Source: Phoronis australis (lineage: Eukaryota > Animalia > Phoronida). Taken from it: DNA of 64,000 nt. The stretch covers positions 423,312-487,311 of the forward strand of contig NMRA01000212.1 in NCBI GenBank assembly GCA_002633005.1, read 5' to 3'. Positions 21,106 to 35,567 of the stretch are shown here, piece by piece. The notes under the pieces are model-generated. The model was not told the DNA's origin, ran no database searches, and saw only the letters and a list, made by a program, of their open reading frames with translations. Every line of letters starts with the position of its first letter. The stretch's first letter is position 1. The translations under genes and the position numbers were made by a program.

Positions 21106-23284
21106 TTTTACAGCATCTTTGGTCCTCATCAAAAGTTCGCTACTCAGGCGAAACGTGGGTTTATAGCCGCTTTAACTAACACGTGGCACTCATACATTGA
21201 CTAAACATAGCAGTACGCAAGAGTCACAGACCACAGCTACATAGAAACGAAGGAAAACTAAACGAACGTGTCACTGAGTAATATTAAAGTAAGAACACAG
21301 TTAAAATTGAGTCTGTTTCCCCAGCCTGTAATATCTAACATACTTGGCTCAGGCAATTAAGAAACCACTTGAGACCAATTCCATAATGTTAAGTAGTCTA
21401 TATCAAAGATTGTTCTTTGCAGAGGGAAGGCAGGTTTATAGACGTTTTACATAAACAATTGCAAATGAATATAAAAAGTTTAGCTAAATTATTGTTAAGT
21501 GTGACAGCAATTTAGTTTCCCTCATTTTGTGATAACCACAATAAGTGTTCATTTATTTAGCACACAATAAATGGCATTTTAAAATGTTAGTTTCCTCAAT
21601 AAGAAATGTCTGTCATGGTCAGTACTGAACATATGTCACAAAACAAGTTAGTAAAAATTTTGATTACTTGTAGCCAAATAAAGAGCCTTTGAAAAATAGG
21701 ACATAGAAAATAACAACCAAAAAAATTATTTGCGCAAAATAGAAGAATTACTGTAGGTCATCAAACAGTTACTGCCCAGGGAGCTTAAATTGGGAATCTA
21801 AAAAACAGGAGGGGGTGAGCGGTAAACTGAGCATGGGGCACTTAAAAATGAAAAATTGATAATTTTGCAGGTGGACAGTATGCCAAGCTTGGGCAGTAAT
21901 GGTATGTATCATTAAGTATTTAAGTATAATCATTCACAGACCTCAAATGTTCAATGACACACTGGGCCATGCATCTCTTCAAGTTATAACCGGGTCACTT
22001 ACATGTACATGTACAGTACTTTTGATAAACTATTTCAATAACACTAGAACACATTCACTGATAACACTGAACACAGATGGTTATTATAATAACACATTCA
22101 TACTGGCAACAACGGATCATTTTTATTGCACGATCATAAATACGAAGAATCCTAAAATAAAATACTAAAAAGTGTCTTAAAATACAGCTATATACTTACT
22201 TTCCTATTATACCATGAAAACATAAATAAATAAACAAATATTAAATTAATAATTTTAAACCCTGTGTATGTTGTGAAGAATAGAATCATACTCTGACATA
22301 TTTTGCCTCCTTTCGTTATTTGATAACACAAGCAATACTCATACTAATTTGAAATGTTCACGTAAAATCTACAATTTGAGACAGCTGTAGCACAAATAAA
22401 TAAATAAATAAACGAATAAATAAATAAAAATAATAACAACAATACAAAAATAACATCAAGGTGGATTTTGTAAACAACATATTAAAATTACACAAATCTC
22501 AAGTTTATCAAAATAAAAACAACAAATTCATCAAGTCTTTCTTCCTACACAAACACGTTGAAACTAAAATAATATATAAACCTGAACTGCTCAATTACAT
22601 TTCATTCACAGTTACACATGGTTTACATCACACTCATTAAATTTGCAAATTTCTCAAATGAAAAACCAATTTCAGGGAACATGATGATAATAATAATAAT
22701 AATAACAATAATAACACCTGTCTGGAATAGCACAAACTGCACAAGTGCAAAGAGAACTAATGCATATCTGTGCGCTGCAATGGCAGCCCACACCTGAACA
22801 GAAGACAATTGAGAGGACTCGAATATCAGCATTTGCATATTACAGTCAAACTGCGTTAGAATGTGCTGTTTTTTATCACTCGCTCATAATTTCCCATTTT
22901 ACGAGCCCAAAGTTAACTACACTCCGGTTGATTCACTCACAGCGAACTTCGGTTATAAGAAATGTTTTATAAAGTCCTGGTATGTTCGTTGTATAGTGGT
23001 TCAACAGCAGCGACTCAGACAACTAAAAGCCAGCATCATTTCCACTCCAAAATAACCTAAAACAGAATTCACAGTCAATGCTAAACCTAAGTTATAAGTC
23101 TCGTGAACTTTGGCAAACATAGCTTCATCAGACCCATCTGAGATCTAGTGCACTAAATACGTCTAGTATTACTACTACTACTAATTCTTCTACTGCTTAC
23201 TATCACTATTACTCATACTACTACAGCCTTTGGTAATTTGGAAAAGACTATAGCCTCCAGGCAGTAAATACACCAAATGTGACT

Positions 23285-23611
23285 TTATATGTCTAACAAC
23301 TGCTCAACGTTCTCTGCTTGGCCTGACTGTCCCTTTCCTTCATTTTCTGCTTGACCTGCTTCTTCAACATTTTCCTCGCTGTCCGAACTGAAGTCACTTT
23401 TCCACTCTTTTTCTTTCTCTGGCTCATCTTCACTGCTCTCTCCACTCTCACTAGATGCCGCCACAGCAGCTGCTGCCTCTGCAAGCACCTCAGATTGAGG
23501 CTCTGAGGGAACACCATATACAAACTCCATTTCCACTTGATACGAATAATGTCCTTTTAGATTGACCCACTTTTCTGGGGGATCCTCTGAAGTAGACGAT
23601 ATTGAACGAAC
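23285..23611 (-). CDS. stnB: Stonin/Stoned-B, last coding exon (end of mu-homology domain plus acidic tail)
   Basis: Acceptor TTTTCAG|GTT, phase 0. Reads VRSISSTSEDPPEKWVNLKGHYSYQVEMEF..., then a TAA stop. Confidence 0.9.
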   Translation of the reverse strand, partial: VRSISSTSEDPPEKWVNLKGHYSYQVEMEFVYGVPSEPQSEVLAEAAAAVAASSESGESSEDEPEKEKEWKSDFSSDSEENVEEAGQAENEGKGQSGQAENVEQLLDI

Positions 23612-23678
23612 CTGAAAAGATTATTGAACATAAATTGATGTTAAGAATCTGCTAAGCCAGTATTTTAGCACAGTACAA

Positions 23679-23861
23679 CTGGCGAAGTGGGCAAAAAGGT
23701 CCGCCCCTGAGAGTCCGAGTAAATGGGACAAAAGTCCACTAAATAAGCACAAAGTCGCAATTCACAGAGGTGCTCCCATTTTTTTTTGTCCGCCCGCTCT
23801 TTTGTTAGCAAATGGTCCACAACGTTGGGAATTCGACCCCCCCCATATGGGTGCACGCATG
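23679..23861. mobile_element. Truncated copy of the hAT-like MITE at 51082-51315
   Basis: Shares GAAGTGG.CAAAAAGGTCCGCC, GACAAAAGTCCACTAAA and the terminus TGGGTGC.CGCATG. Confidence 0.65.
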
Positions 23862-24392
23862 TGCAGCTGAGTTGTGTTATGAGATGTATGAAAATTCAGG
23901 AACACAGCAATTCTGGGACAGTTAAGCACACAAACTGACATGTCACACGTACCCGTACAAACATGATGCATCATGTTTACCACAAAACATAAAAACAGGT
24001 GAGCCTATGTATATTGCTGGGTTCCATTTAAATGATAAAAATATTGAGACAGTAAAGATCCCTTTGGATCCTACCTGCGGTGTATTCAGATGTGCTACTG
24101 GATTCCTCCCAACACTAGTGAATCCCAGGTACTGTTTTTATTGTTTTTTGGTAATCTAAAACACCAGGGGGCACACCTGGTGGTGCGTGAGATACGGATG
24201 AAATGGCTGTACACTTTCTACTCAAGATACTGTTTCTTTGGATCCAAAAGGAATCTTTGTTAAATATTTTCATAAAAACAGGGGATTATGTAGGATTTGG
24301 CAAGACTTCTGCCATGTCTAGAGACATGAAACATTTCGTACAGGGCCCTACCACCTTGGAAATAACAATGATGAATTTTTGTCAATGGTTAC

Positions 24393-24520
24393 CTGTGCCC
24401 GAGATATGGTTGTATTTGGCATTGTGAACTCCACATTGTAAGAAGGCTCTAGGTTGTCTGGGATGATGTCATGGGGACCAAGGTCAAGACGCAATACAAA
24501 GATATGAGTCTTGTACGCAC
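24393..24520 (-). CDS. stnB: Stonin/Stoned-B, coding exon 4 (mu-homology domain)
   Basis: TTTCAG|GT phase 1 to CAG|GTAACC phase 0. Reads GAYKTHIFVLRLDLGPHDIIPDNLEPSYNVEFTMPNTTISRAQ. Confidence 0.9.
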
Positions 24521-25156
24521 CTGAAATGAATAGTCATAATTCTGTGACAAAATGTACACAACACGATAGACGTTTTACAGAGTAATTAAAAGCAATGACG
24601 TGTCAGCATAATTCAGACCCTTTTCCATAAAGACCGATGCATCACAGATTAAGGGAACATCGATAAATGAGAAGAATAAAATTCCTTTTTGAATTGAAAT
24701 GGAAGCTAGTTCTCATCAAAAATCACTTTTACACCCAAGATGAAATTTACAGAAAATCTAGTACAGCTGTCATATACTAAACTACGTTACTGTAAGAACC
24801 CGTTACAACAGTGTAAAAAAACCCTGGAATTAAGTTCCATACAATATTGTAATTTTCAATGTACATATTGTTCAATTACACATAAATTGGACTGAGAGCA
24901 TTTGTCCTTTGAACAGTACAAATGAACATCACCTAATGCTTTCTATGTATTATGGCAGTATCATGTATACATGACACTGTGACCAGCGAAGAAAACAAAA
25001 AAAATAATTATGATTTCATGAAAAACCATCATCTTCAGAAAGGCACACACACACAGTCACACACCTGAGCACAAACATGCAGACACATACACACTTCATA
25101 CAAACAAAATAGCACATATCAACACACACAGGCAAATCTTGGATAGAAATAAATAC

Positions 25157-28100
25157 CTTCATTTTTGTCAGGCAGTCTGGCAATTCTCCAAACGACACAT
25201 TTGTATACGTGCTCGTATTTTGCACTTCCACTAGAAACCTCGATCAACGTTGGCGTTAATGCCCCCTGAGCCATCATGGTTATCCGTTCCAAACCCTTAA
25301 TCTTTCCTGGCTTCCTCAACGCTGACTTAATCGAGCCATAGCCAAAACGTTTTTCTACTCGAAACAAGTATATCCATTCTTCAGGTATTGGAAATCGAAT
25401 TTCAATATCTTCACAAGGTATCTGGCCCTCCTTCTTTTTTGTTGAAAAGTAGCCAGGAATAAGAACGTCTGCCCTTATCTCCACATGTTTATCATTGATT
25501 ATTGTTCTAGCCGAGACTTGCAGAGGCAACTCACGGTTTCTTTTCAATATTGTTCGAAATCTCATCACTTCGAACCGACAAGCATCTAATGGTGTAAACT
25601 TGATCGCGTTTGTTTCTTCAAACTCTTCCAAATCTACCACACTGTGGAACTCTGGTTCGAGTACATGGATCCATTCTTCTGTTTTAATAGGAATTATGTC
25701 ATGCCTGCCGACTACCTCTTTACCATCACGTCGCTTATCATTGATGCCGATTTCAATCGTCGGGTCGCCAGTGAGAAATGCCAGGCAAAACATTCGCAGT
25801 CTTGAGATCTGTGAAGTAATGCGACCAAGTTTGTTAATTTCTGCCCGGTACTCATCAATAACTTCAACGGTGATCTCATCTTTTGTGTATGCCAGAGACT
25901 TCTCGCGCTTTGCTGGTAATCTCATTATTTCGTCTTCAAGGGCCCAGAGCAGGCTCTGGATGTTTTCAATGCTTTTAGCACCAAACTTCAAAACCTCTGA
26001 AGACTGGGGAGTATGCTCAAGTATCATGTTAGGCTTGGGTTTCGTGTGACCCCTGATAAAGCTGGGAATGGCCTCCGATAAACGATCAGTACGCACACCT
26101 ACTCTTTCCTTGAAGCACACATATTGAAGCTTGAATGTGTGAATCTTACCGTACTGGTCAAACTGCTGTACAAAAATAGCAGATAACGAATAGCATGGCT
26201 GCAATGGTATTTCCTGCACAGCCATTTTATCAGCTCTTAATTCCTCCAACTTATTGTACGTCTTTAAAACAATCTTGTCTTCAACCTTCACAAGTTTTAA
26301 AAACACTTCTTTCCAAAAGCGCTTGTTTGTCATTGCATTCATAGTGTTGGTAAACTTAGAGAAAGATGAATGCTTTTTAGTGGGTAGTCTAAGCATGACT
26401 TGCCAGTAATCCCCGGTAAACGGTGGGTGAAATACCGGCAATGGCTCATCAAGGTCATCATCCATAGAGCTTCCAACTGACAATGGAGTTACATTTTCCT
26501 GAGGTCCATTGCTGTCCGAAGGCATTCCAGACATTCCAGTGTTTTCCACTTGATCTGATCCAACTTGCTTGTCATCTAGTAGTGACCTGGCTGAAGACTC
26601 TTGCACATCTTTGTTAAAAGGATTAAAACGTTCTCCTTTCTCGGGACTTTTGGGTGGCTGTATCTTGGGGGGAGGCGGTGGGACAAGTAAAGGAGTATTT
26701 TGACTATCGACACTGTCGGGTAAATCTTTAATAATAACTTCAAATTTGCCATCTTTCTTTTTTGGTCTTGGGATAGGTTTCACTGAAGTAGGAATTGGCT
26801 TTGGAGGTTCAACTGGAATTATTTTGGTTCTCTTTGGCTGCTCGTTAGATTTATTTTTGTCCTCTTCAGCTTTCTCACGATCTTTTTCATCTACACCCTC
26901 ACGTTCTTTTATCTCCTTTACATCTCCATTTTCTTCTTCCACCTCCTCATCCTCATCATCATCATCTTCTTCTTCTTCTTCATCATCAGCATCTTCATCA
27001 TCATCCTCTTCATCCTCTTCCAGTGTGGAATCATTATCTTCATTTTCATCAATCTCTACGATTGTTCCAGTATTCAAATGGCCACCATCGAGGTCATCGT
27101 CCACAATTGTTTGGGAGAAACTCCGAAAAAATGGATCTACATGTTTCTCTGCAGTGACCTTTGAAGGAGCAAAAGGATCAAGATCATCGCCATCTGGTAA
27201 GACTGACTTTGATTGTGTATCCCCAAGTAAGAAAGCATCAAACCCATCTACATTATTTTCAGCCACATCTGTCAGTACTTGGTCTCCAGTACTTTTTTCC
27301 TTGGAAGCAGGTACACTTTGTCCGAGAAATTCCTCCAGCAGATCTGCTTGCTCTAATTCTGGAGGTATTTCTTCTATTCTATCGCTGAATAAGTTGCCAG
27401 TGAATTCCTTCGACTGCTGTAACGAAGCCACCAATTCAGAGGCAAAATTTTCATCACCATGCTCAGCGGTCTCTCCCCAGACGTCGCTGTCAGACACTGA
27501 AGGGACAGTATCGGACTTTACACCAGATGCAGTTGAATTTTGATCGAGGCCAAGTAAATCAGTACAAAGGCTGGTTTCATTTTGAACACTGGATCCATCT
27601 CGTCTCTGAGATAAAAACTCTGCAAATTCTGGCTCATCAACAGATGGCTGGGGTATAAGAGCAGGAGCAACTACTTGGTCTTCTTTCTTCGTCTGCTGAG
27701 CATTCACTAATTTTGCTACTATACTTGCATCAATTTCTTTAGGTTTTTGGGCACTTCGGTGTCTTTTTACTTCAACTGCATGTACCTTGTTAGGCTCCTT
27801 TGACACTTCCTTTGGAGTAATGTCACTAACATTCGTATCTATGGCATTTGTGTTTGGTTCGTCAGCAACTTTCACAACTTCATCAAGACCTTCTATTGGT
27901 GAAGGAGCTTCTTCATTTTTCTTTTCTGTAGAGACTCCAAGGAAAGTGTCTATGAAGTCATCAGTATCCCTCAAATCGTTTTGGTCAGCCTCTGAAAAAC
28001 CCAAAAGTTCTTTCTCTAAGATAGAAAGCTGCTCGCTACACTGATTTGTATTATCAGCCTCAACGCTGTCAATGCCCAATAGATCTGTGGTACTTTGTGA

Positions 28101-28579
28101 CAATTTCGATTCATTTTCAGGAGCTCCTTCAGCTGGGACTGTAACTTCTGATCTCATTGAGAGATCCAAGTTTTCAATGTTGTCAACATCGTCAGTATAT
28201 GATGTTTCTTGCTTTATCCTCGTAGCCTTGTTTAAGTTATTTCCACCATCCTTTTTGGATGTGACTGCTCTACCCTTTGTCTGCGAAGGCGGCTTAGGTC
28301 TTGGAGGCCCAGGTTTTGTTGCAGGTTTTCTGGTTGACGGGGGTCGTTTACTTGTGGCATTACCCAGTGCTTTCTTAGTTTGTTTAACTGGTTTCGATTG
28401 CAATGCTGGATTAGACTTTGTGACTGCTGGCTGTGGCTTCGTATGATCCGTAATCTTATCACTAAAATCATCGTCAAAGCCTTTAGCATCATCAGCGCTG
28501 GTCTCCACTTCTCCCCAAGCATTTGCATCACTGCTCATCTTGGCGTCATCAAAAGAAACCCAAGAAACGGCCTTCTCAC
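25157..28579 (-). CDS. stnB: Stonin/Stoned-B, 3.4-kb coding exon 3 (disordered motif-rich region, stonin homology domain, most of mu-homology domain)
   Basis: WVSF, two DPF, NPF and DLLG[IL]D endocytic motifs. Stonin-homology WQVMLRLPTKK...RFWKEVFLKL and QQFDQYGKIHTFKLQY. MHD motifs FCLAFLTG, GINDKRRDGKEVVGRHDIIP, FHSVV, IKFTPLDACRFEVMRFR and GSAKYEHVYKCVVWRI. Phase-1 splice sites at both ends. Confidence 0.95.
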
Positions 28580-30639
28580 CTAAAACAAATAGAAAAACTG
28601 GATGTAACCACACTTTGTAAACACATCGAACTTGTTAAGGAAGCAATTTGATTTTGGAATTATCAAAACGAAATAGTGACTCCCCACTTTCATTTAAGAT
28701 GCATTTGCAACTGAGCAGAGTTTTCATACATATAACTGTTCGGAGGGTGCTGTGAACTCTGAAGATCTTGACCAACACAATACCTGGGCAACTGGGTTGA
28801 AATGGATACAGGAAAGCCAATGCTGACTATTAACGCCATCTAAGACTAGTAAGTTATTTTCACCCCTGCCAGAGTACTTTCTTAAGAGCCCCTCCTGCGA
28901 GAATTTTGTTGCACCTCTACTTTTAGCATTCATGTTAAGCAAAAAATTTGAAAAAAAAAACAAAATGAAGACATAATCAAACTCACAAGATTTTGAACAA
29001 AACAATGAAGTGATTTCTTTTTTACTTTAGACTCTGCTTTCAACAAAGGAGCAAATCTACTAGTAGTGTGATAGCATTGGACAGAAACACGGCATCTACA
29101 CTGATCATAAATTCCTTAGTTACTGATTCCAAGCCGAGTTTGAGAGACATTAATTTTCTTAGTTACGACACAATCTAGGCTACTTTGTAGCATTAATTAC
29201 CCACATTGAACCATAAATAATTAATGCAAAAACTTCATTTTGCTGCATAACAGACTGATACCCATTGCAATAGTAGGTGGCTATACCATTAAAGCCTTGA
29301 AATCTGTATGGACATGTTGTTCCTTCAAAATAGTCTATTTACATGTTTAATATACAAATGTCATGAAGACTGTCATTGTGTGAAAACTAAAAATATAGTA
29401 CTGTGATATATTATTGCTAGCATGAGTGCAGCCATTAAACTTTATTTTGTCAAACCATGTTATAATTAAAAAGGTTTAAATAAATTCCTTTGGTTACAGC
29501 AAACTTCAGTTACAACAAAACATTCTAGAAAGGCCTAAGATTATTCACTGCTACACAATTCAACTTCAATACGGTTTACAACAACAGAACTTCTGACCTT
29601 AGCACAGTTGCTCTGTAGGACTAGAGCGCTAAGTATTTTAATTTATTAATACTTATTAATAGTAATAAAGTTACTTTGGAGACACTGGAACTAACCAGCC
29701 CTATATATTGCTCAAATGCAGCAACTGAACTTTTACCACAGGTCCCCACGGAAGAACCCATTAACACTCTCCACAAGACACAACGCACCACAATAACTTT
29801 TACTAGACCTGCACAAAGAACCTTTAACACGAAGTATAACTATAATTCTGCATGGTGAGTGTATTTGCATGCTTGTTATTTACGTTCCACAAGAAGAGCT
29901 CCGTGTGCTTTGTATGACTTTGAGCTTTTGCATTGTGCAGTGTTTTGTAAAGAGTGGCAAGGGTTTCACTGCACTGGTACCGGGAAGGTTTCCTCTGCTA
30001 AGCCAAGGGTTCTACTCTGGTGTTTAGTATCCAACAGCCCATGGTAAGGACTTGGTCATCAATACTGACTATTGCATTTTCATACACAAAGCTCTTTGTA
30101 GGGAAACCCCAAAATGGCTAAAATTGCACGCCGTGCTCTCACACCCAAAACCTTCTTTCTGCCACTTCATAATTTAAAAAAAAACAAAGTTATAGTATCC
30201 GCTGAATAGGTTTTTTCAAACACTTTTCAAATATGATCCACTGATGTATTTGAATAGGAAGAACACTAGCATACGTTGCCCAGCCAGTGAGTAGTGAAGT
30301 GATACTCATCTAGAACTTGACTCTACTTGAATATCTCAATACAAACTCTCTCACTCTCTCAGCACCCATGTCATAATCAACTTACTAGTACAGTAAAATG
30401 TCACCACTTTCAGATAAAAATAATTTCCCAAATTGATATTCATTTCAGACTTGCTGTGGACACTCATCATTTCTCAAAACATTGTCTGATATGATACCTA
30501 CGATATTGAATGATATTTACATAAAACATTCATTCGGTACTGCTTCATAATCTTATAAGCAATAACAAAAATATATTAATTATTTTTGTTATCTTTAACT
30601 GGTGAGATTTTACCAGTTTCTGGTGAGGCTGCAACTTAC

Positions 30640-31305
30640 CTTCACTTTCAGTTGTTGCTGCACGTGTTTGCAACTTCGCAATAGATTCTTGTGATTGTTG
30701 AACAGTCACCTTAATTCTCTCTTCAATCGCCTGAAACTTTTGATACTCTTCCGACTCCTTAGCAGATTCCGATTTCTGTCTAGTTTCAATAGGTTTTGCC
30801 TTATCGACTTTGTCACACGATTTCACTACAGATTCCAAATCATCTCCTTTTGCCAACTTCTTCTTCCTGAGCTTTTTCAAGTTTGGGTTTGCATTTGGAT
30901 CTTTCGGCACCTTGATAGTCTCCTTGAGTGACGCCTTCACAATCTGCCCAACGACGTGGGCTTTATCTGCGGCTTTGTGAATTTTATTAAGCACTTTCCC
31001 CGACTTTTCTGAAGGCGTTTGATTTGCCTTCGATCCCTTTCCAGATGAAGATGCAGCACCGGAAGGAGCACGAGAAGAGGCAGAAGAGGTACGAGATGTT
31101 GGAGCACCTTGCGGTTTGCCGGTCACTTGATGGCGAGGACGAGGTTGTGCTTCCTGTTTCGGTTGAGATGGCGTTTCCTGTTTTGGTTTGGCAGGTGCTG
31201 GTGGGCGAGGAGGGGGAGGCTTCTTAGTGGCTAATATCCCAGTCTGGATGTCCGTCTCGGTGTCAGTATCATGACCATCGTCGTCGTCATCATCACCATG
31301 ACCAC
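30640..31305 (-). CDS. stnB: Stonin gene coding exon 2 (Pro-rich, basic cluster, Stoned-A-like helix)
   Basis: TTTTTCAG|GT and G|GTAAGT, both phase 1. 666 nt open, joining exon 3 in frame. Contains KKPPPPRPPAP, KKLRKKK and EEYQKFQAIEERIKVTVQQSQESIAKL. Confidence 0.8.
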
Positions 31306-34063
31306 CTGAAAAAGTGATAAACAATGTTATTTTATGACTGTTCATAGCTGGCTTGCTCATAAAATGGAAAACAATGTACGCAGTTACTTTTTCAAAGCTT
31401 TAACATTTGAGTAGTAATAAGATTAACATCTCATCAAAAGATATTTGTTGGCGGCACTCACTGACGTCTGCGTGCTGAATCTAATTCAACATCACTAAAG
31501 ACGGGCAGCTGTTTTGTGGCAAGATCAAAAGCTTTGTCAGCTAACACTTACAGATTTGAATAGGTAATAGTTCAACAGTTTTATGTGTTCAATAGTGAAC
31601 AAGATGGCTAACAAAAGGTATTTCTTCCTTAAAACAGTCATTCACAATTTTAACATGGTAGATCGTCCCAAGTACCAGTACATGAAATTCTTAAGCGCAC
31701 ATTTCGAAATTTTGAACAATGTATCTAACTGACTAAAGTAGTTCCATAAAGAACCCAGAAGTATCTACAATGGACCCCACTCAATGCCATAGCCTCGGTT
31801 TCAACATAAATTAAGATAATACATGTTAAGTGGGATATTTCACTGAGTGGGTTCCAACCTGGCGGTGATCGTGACCATTCGTACAAGCTGATCATGTCGA
31901 GTGGAGAGTTTGACGTTGTCACAGCTAAACAGGAAACAACTGACTTTTGCCGTAAGCGCTGAGTTTTGATCAGGCAAATGAATTCAAGATGAATTAATTG
32001 GTTTTTAGATAAAAAAGTGAAGACACGGATGCTAATAGGCAGTATAGGATCAGTTTTGCTGATTTTTAATCATAATATTGGGAATACGACAATAAATCAT
32101 GACTTATTGTGAGGGTTATTTTACATGGACTTAATGGAAACTGATTTGTTTTCTGACATTTTGAGACAATACGTGGGATATTCTATTACCCGATATGACA
32201 TTAAAAAGAGTTTACTGAATTGCCTAAATGACATGAGCACACAACCTCTTCAAATCAGTGATAGTGTATTAGTTGTTGTCCCTAAAACCACATCACAGCC
32301 ATCTAAAGTTAATGTTTTTTAGCGACCGTGTACAGAGTTAAGACCCACCAGAACCCACTGGATTTGAACAAGGACAAGACTGTCCTCGAATTTTTTTTTT
32401 CCGCATTTCGAATAAAGAAGGCAATTTTAAACTTTTTAACTGCAATATGTTTTATTAGAAAATTTCAAATTTTTACTTATTAATGAACATGCTTAACTTA
32501 ACAACCACCACCAGTTAATACGACTGAGGGCTCCATAATGAATTTTAGCTCCCAAAATGATGTATGCAAACTCGTAACCTTAGGGTAAAGAACAGCCATC
32601 AGCAACATCTTGCCTTACTACTAGAATATTTCACCAATTTCCTACAAATTAATCACCGAAATTGCTCTTTTCTCATTTCTTGAGGTCTTCTAACGATGTC
32701 GTGAGTGCCCTCAACTTTTCAAAACATTTGAAGTTGAACATAGTAAAGCATTACTGGTACTGACCCATCTTACATGGAAAAAGGAGGTAAACAAATTATT
32801 TCACTTGTCGGCCATATTGTGTTCTAAATTTGTGAGACTTAACCGCATTCAGGAGGAAATATCCAGTACTGTAGTGGTAAAATTTGATGTAAGTAGGCGC
32901 TCAAAGCTGACCGTGGTACCACATCGAGCACTGAACATAACTATATGGTGCGTAAGCGCTATGTTCAAATTCCAAAAGGTGATTGGCTACGCCTACGTGC
33001 GCCTACGCCCACTACAACACTGGAAATATCCACTTTTTACTAAAGGAAACATTGAATAGGCTCTTTTAGCTCATACCCATTCTCTAATACTATCGCAGTT
33101 GTGTGCAAAAACACCCAACAATAGCTTCTCAAACATTTTGTTTTTAAACACACATGGTCGGCTTAACAAACACCCCATATTTTTTGAATTTCCCAAACTA
33201 AAGACCTGGGCATTCTTACCCAGTGTAAGTACATTATTCCAGGGATACTAATCGCATAATCCAGTCATCTATCAGCTAGTGAGTCACAACAAATTGACTT
33301 ATAGCCACTTTGATAGCAGTTTCTAGGCGACGACGGGTGGCATGCTGTTCAAATATATGCGATGACAAAACTAAAACAAAAAGCTTGTTCAACAAAACTT
33401 TTCGAGCCTTTGAACTCTGGAAAGAATTTTCAGTTGCAGGAGTTCATCCAGGATTTCAAAAACAGGGCGTCCAAAATGGGTATCCCAATTTTATCAGGGG
33501 TCCATCATGACCATGCAATAACACATGATTGCATTTTTATGACCCCAACTCAAATTGATGTTGAATGTTAATGATATGTTACTATGGAGACATACATCAA
33601 CACAAAAGTTTCTTGGTGTCTTAAATCACCAAATCTGAATAAGGAAGTCACACATTTCAAAGATATGTCGGAATATTCACCGCTCATCCTTCTAAGCAGT
33701 TTTTACCAAAATCAAAGAGAGTGCAGTGCATAAGTCGGATACAGCAGTGATGACCACATTGTCCAGTGCAACCAAGACCCAATTAAGCGTAATTACCTGG
33801 CCATAAACTGAAGTAAACTTGTCTGCCTGTACATACTGGGGAATGTTCAAAATGTGTTAAACAATAATTTTTGTTAAAAACGAACACCACGGCAGTATTC
33901 AGCTGGAAAAAACAACCAAGTATTGTTTTTGATTTTTAAAAATCGATGAACTAATAAGCTAAAAACAATAAACATTAGGTACGATTGAAGATAAACCAAG
34001 CATGCTTATTGATATACTTGTTGGATTTACTAATGCTGATCAGAGTTAACAATGTCACATGGA

Positions 34064-34902
34064 TTATTGTTACTTGGCGAAATAAATTTCGTCAAGTATG
34101 TTGCTCTTCCACTAAGTTTGTTTTTTTTGTTTGTTCGCACGACACAGGTCGTAATTTTCGTCCGATCATCACGAAATTTACACATAACACGTAGTTCTGG
34201 AAGTACTGGAAGCCTATTGTTTTTCGTCAAAATCAGATCCAATATGGCGGCTGTGGCGGCCATTTTGTTTTCATTTTAAGATTCAAAGGCTTCTGGAGGC
34301 TACAATTTTTTACGTACAGAGCTGAAAATCAGCACAATTAATGGCCTGGATGTGCACTACACGTATACCGGAAATTATTTACTTCCGGTTAAAGATGGCG
34401 GAAATATCGGCGATCGCGCATGCGCACCTCGATTTTGGCCTAAAAAAGTTTTCTCCTGTAGAGGGCGCATTATAGGACCAATTCCTTCGAAGTTTAACAG
34501 ATATTAGTTTTTATGACATGCTATTACATCAACCCAAAAAACGGAAGTTGCTTTCAAGATGGCGGATCTTGTGCATGTTGACCCATTTTCAGTCGTACTT
34601 AGGTGCCATTTAAACGGGAGAAGAAAATGACGTGAATTTTTAAGGTATACTCTTTCAATTGAACTGCAACAATTTTTTTCTCAGACTTACCGTTTTCGAG
34701 ACATTCGACTTTAAATTTCTTTAAAAAAAGGCAAAATTTCATTTTTTTTCAAAAAAAATTACGGAATAATGTGATACTATCAATTTGGATAGAGTTTTGA
34801 ATGGGCTTTCAGATGATATTTTCCATTTTCCGCTTCGACGTCTACTTTTTGAGTTATTTGAGATTTTCTGATAACGCTGTTCCTTTGTTGAGCGCTCTTG
34901 TT
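34064..34902 (-). mobile_element. Helentron/DINE-1-like non-autonomous element (HINE)
   Basis: One end reads AACAAGAGCG on the minus strand. The other end has a hairpin TACTTGGCGAAAT-AA-ATTTCGTCAAGTA (34071-34098) next to a TT-rich site. Internal AAGATGGCGG-type repeats; no TSD. Confidence 0.6.
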
Positions 34903-35567
34903 TTAATATTCTTTCAATCTTGTTTAACCAGTTTTTAACTAGGAAACAGTTGTGCTTAACTTGTGCAAACTTTATTTTTTCATGACTGACAAAAAGCTAG
35001 TAGTTGTAGTCATTGCAATCGAAATTGTCAAGAGATTCCAAATCTTCAGGTTGGCTATCACCATACCGGTATTTGAACTTTTGTATAAATTTTACGATTT
35101 GAGTTCTAAAGATTAAATTTGAACTAATGACTCATGTAGTTTTGTTTGCTGTCATACCGGTATGTTTAGTGTAGCTGTAATCTGGAAAGTTCAGGGATGG
35201 GTTCACAATTAACTAAACTAATTAAGTTTCGCTGGCAATCAAAATCAACCACTGTTTCGGTACTTCAAGTTTAAAAATAAAATGAAAAGATATCAACCCA
35301 TAAAAAACAAGCAGACAGGAGCACCAAAAATGAAATAACTAAAACTGGTATGAAACATATTTAAAACCATCATTCCTTTGGCCCTTTGTCACTTGAGATA
35401 AACACAAGTTAACTTTTTTAGGCAAATGAGCTCCTAGAACCACTCATAGCAAGTTAAAAGACACCCAAGGCATATTTACTTGGGAGTTCAAATGCTGAAC
35501 AGGGCATCCTAGCTAAGATGTCTAAAATTTGAATGAGGGGACTGGATGTCCTGAACACTCTCTAGAT

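Noticed and set aside
26746-27543. 265-aa Ser-rich plus-strand ORF and other plus-strand ORFs in 25495-28583
   Set aside because: Antisense shadows of the acidic stonin exon (GAA/GAT codons read as TTC/TCA/ATC).
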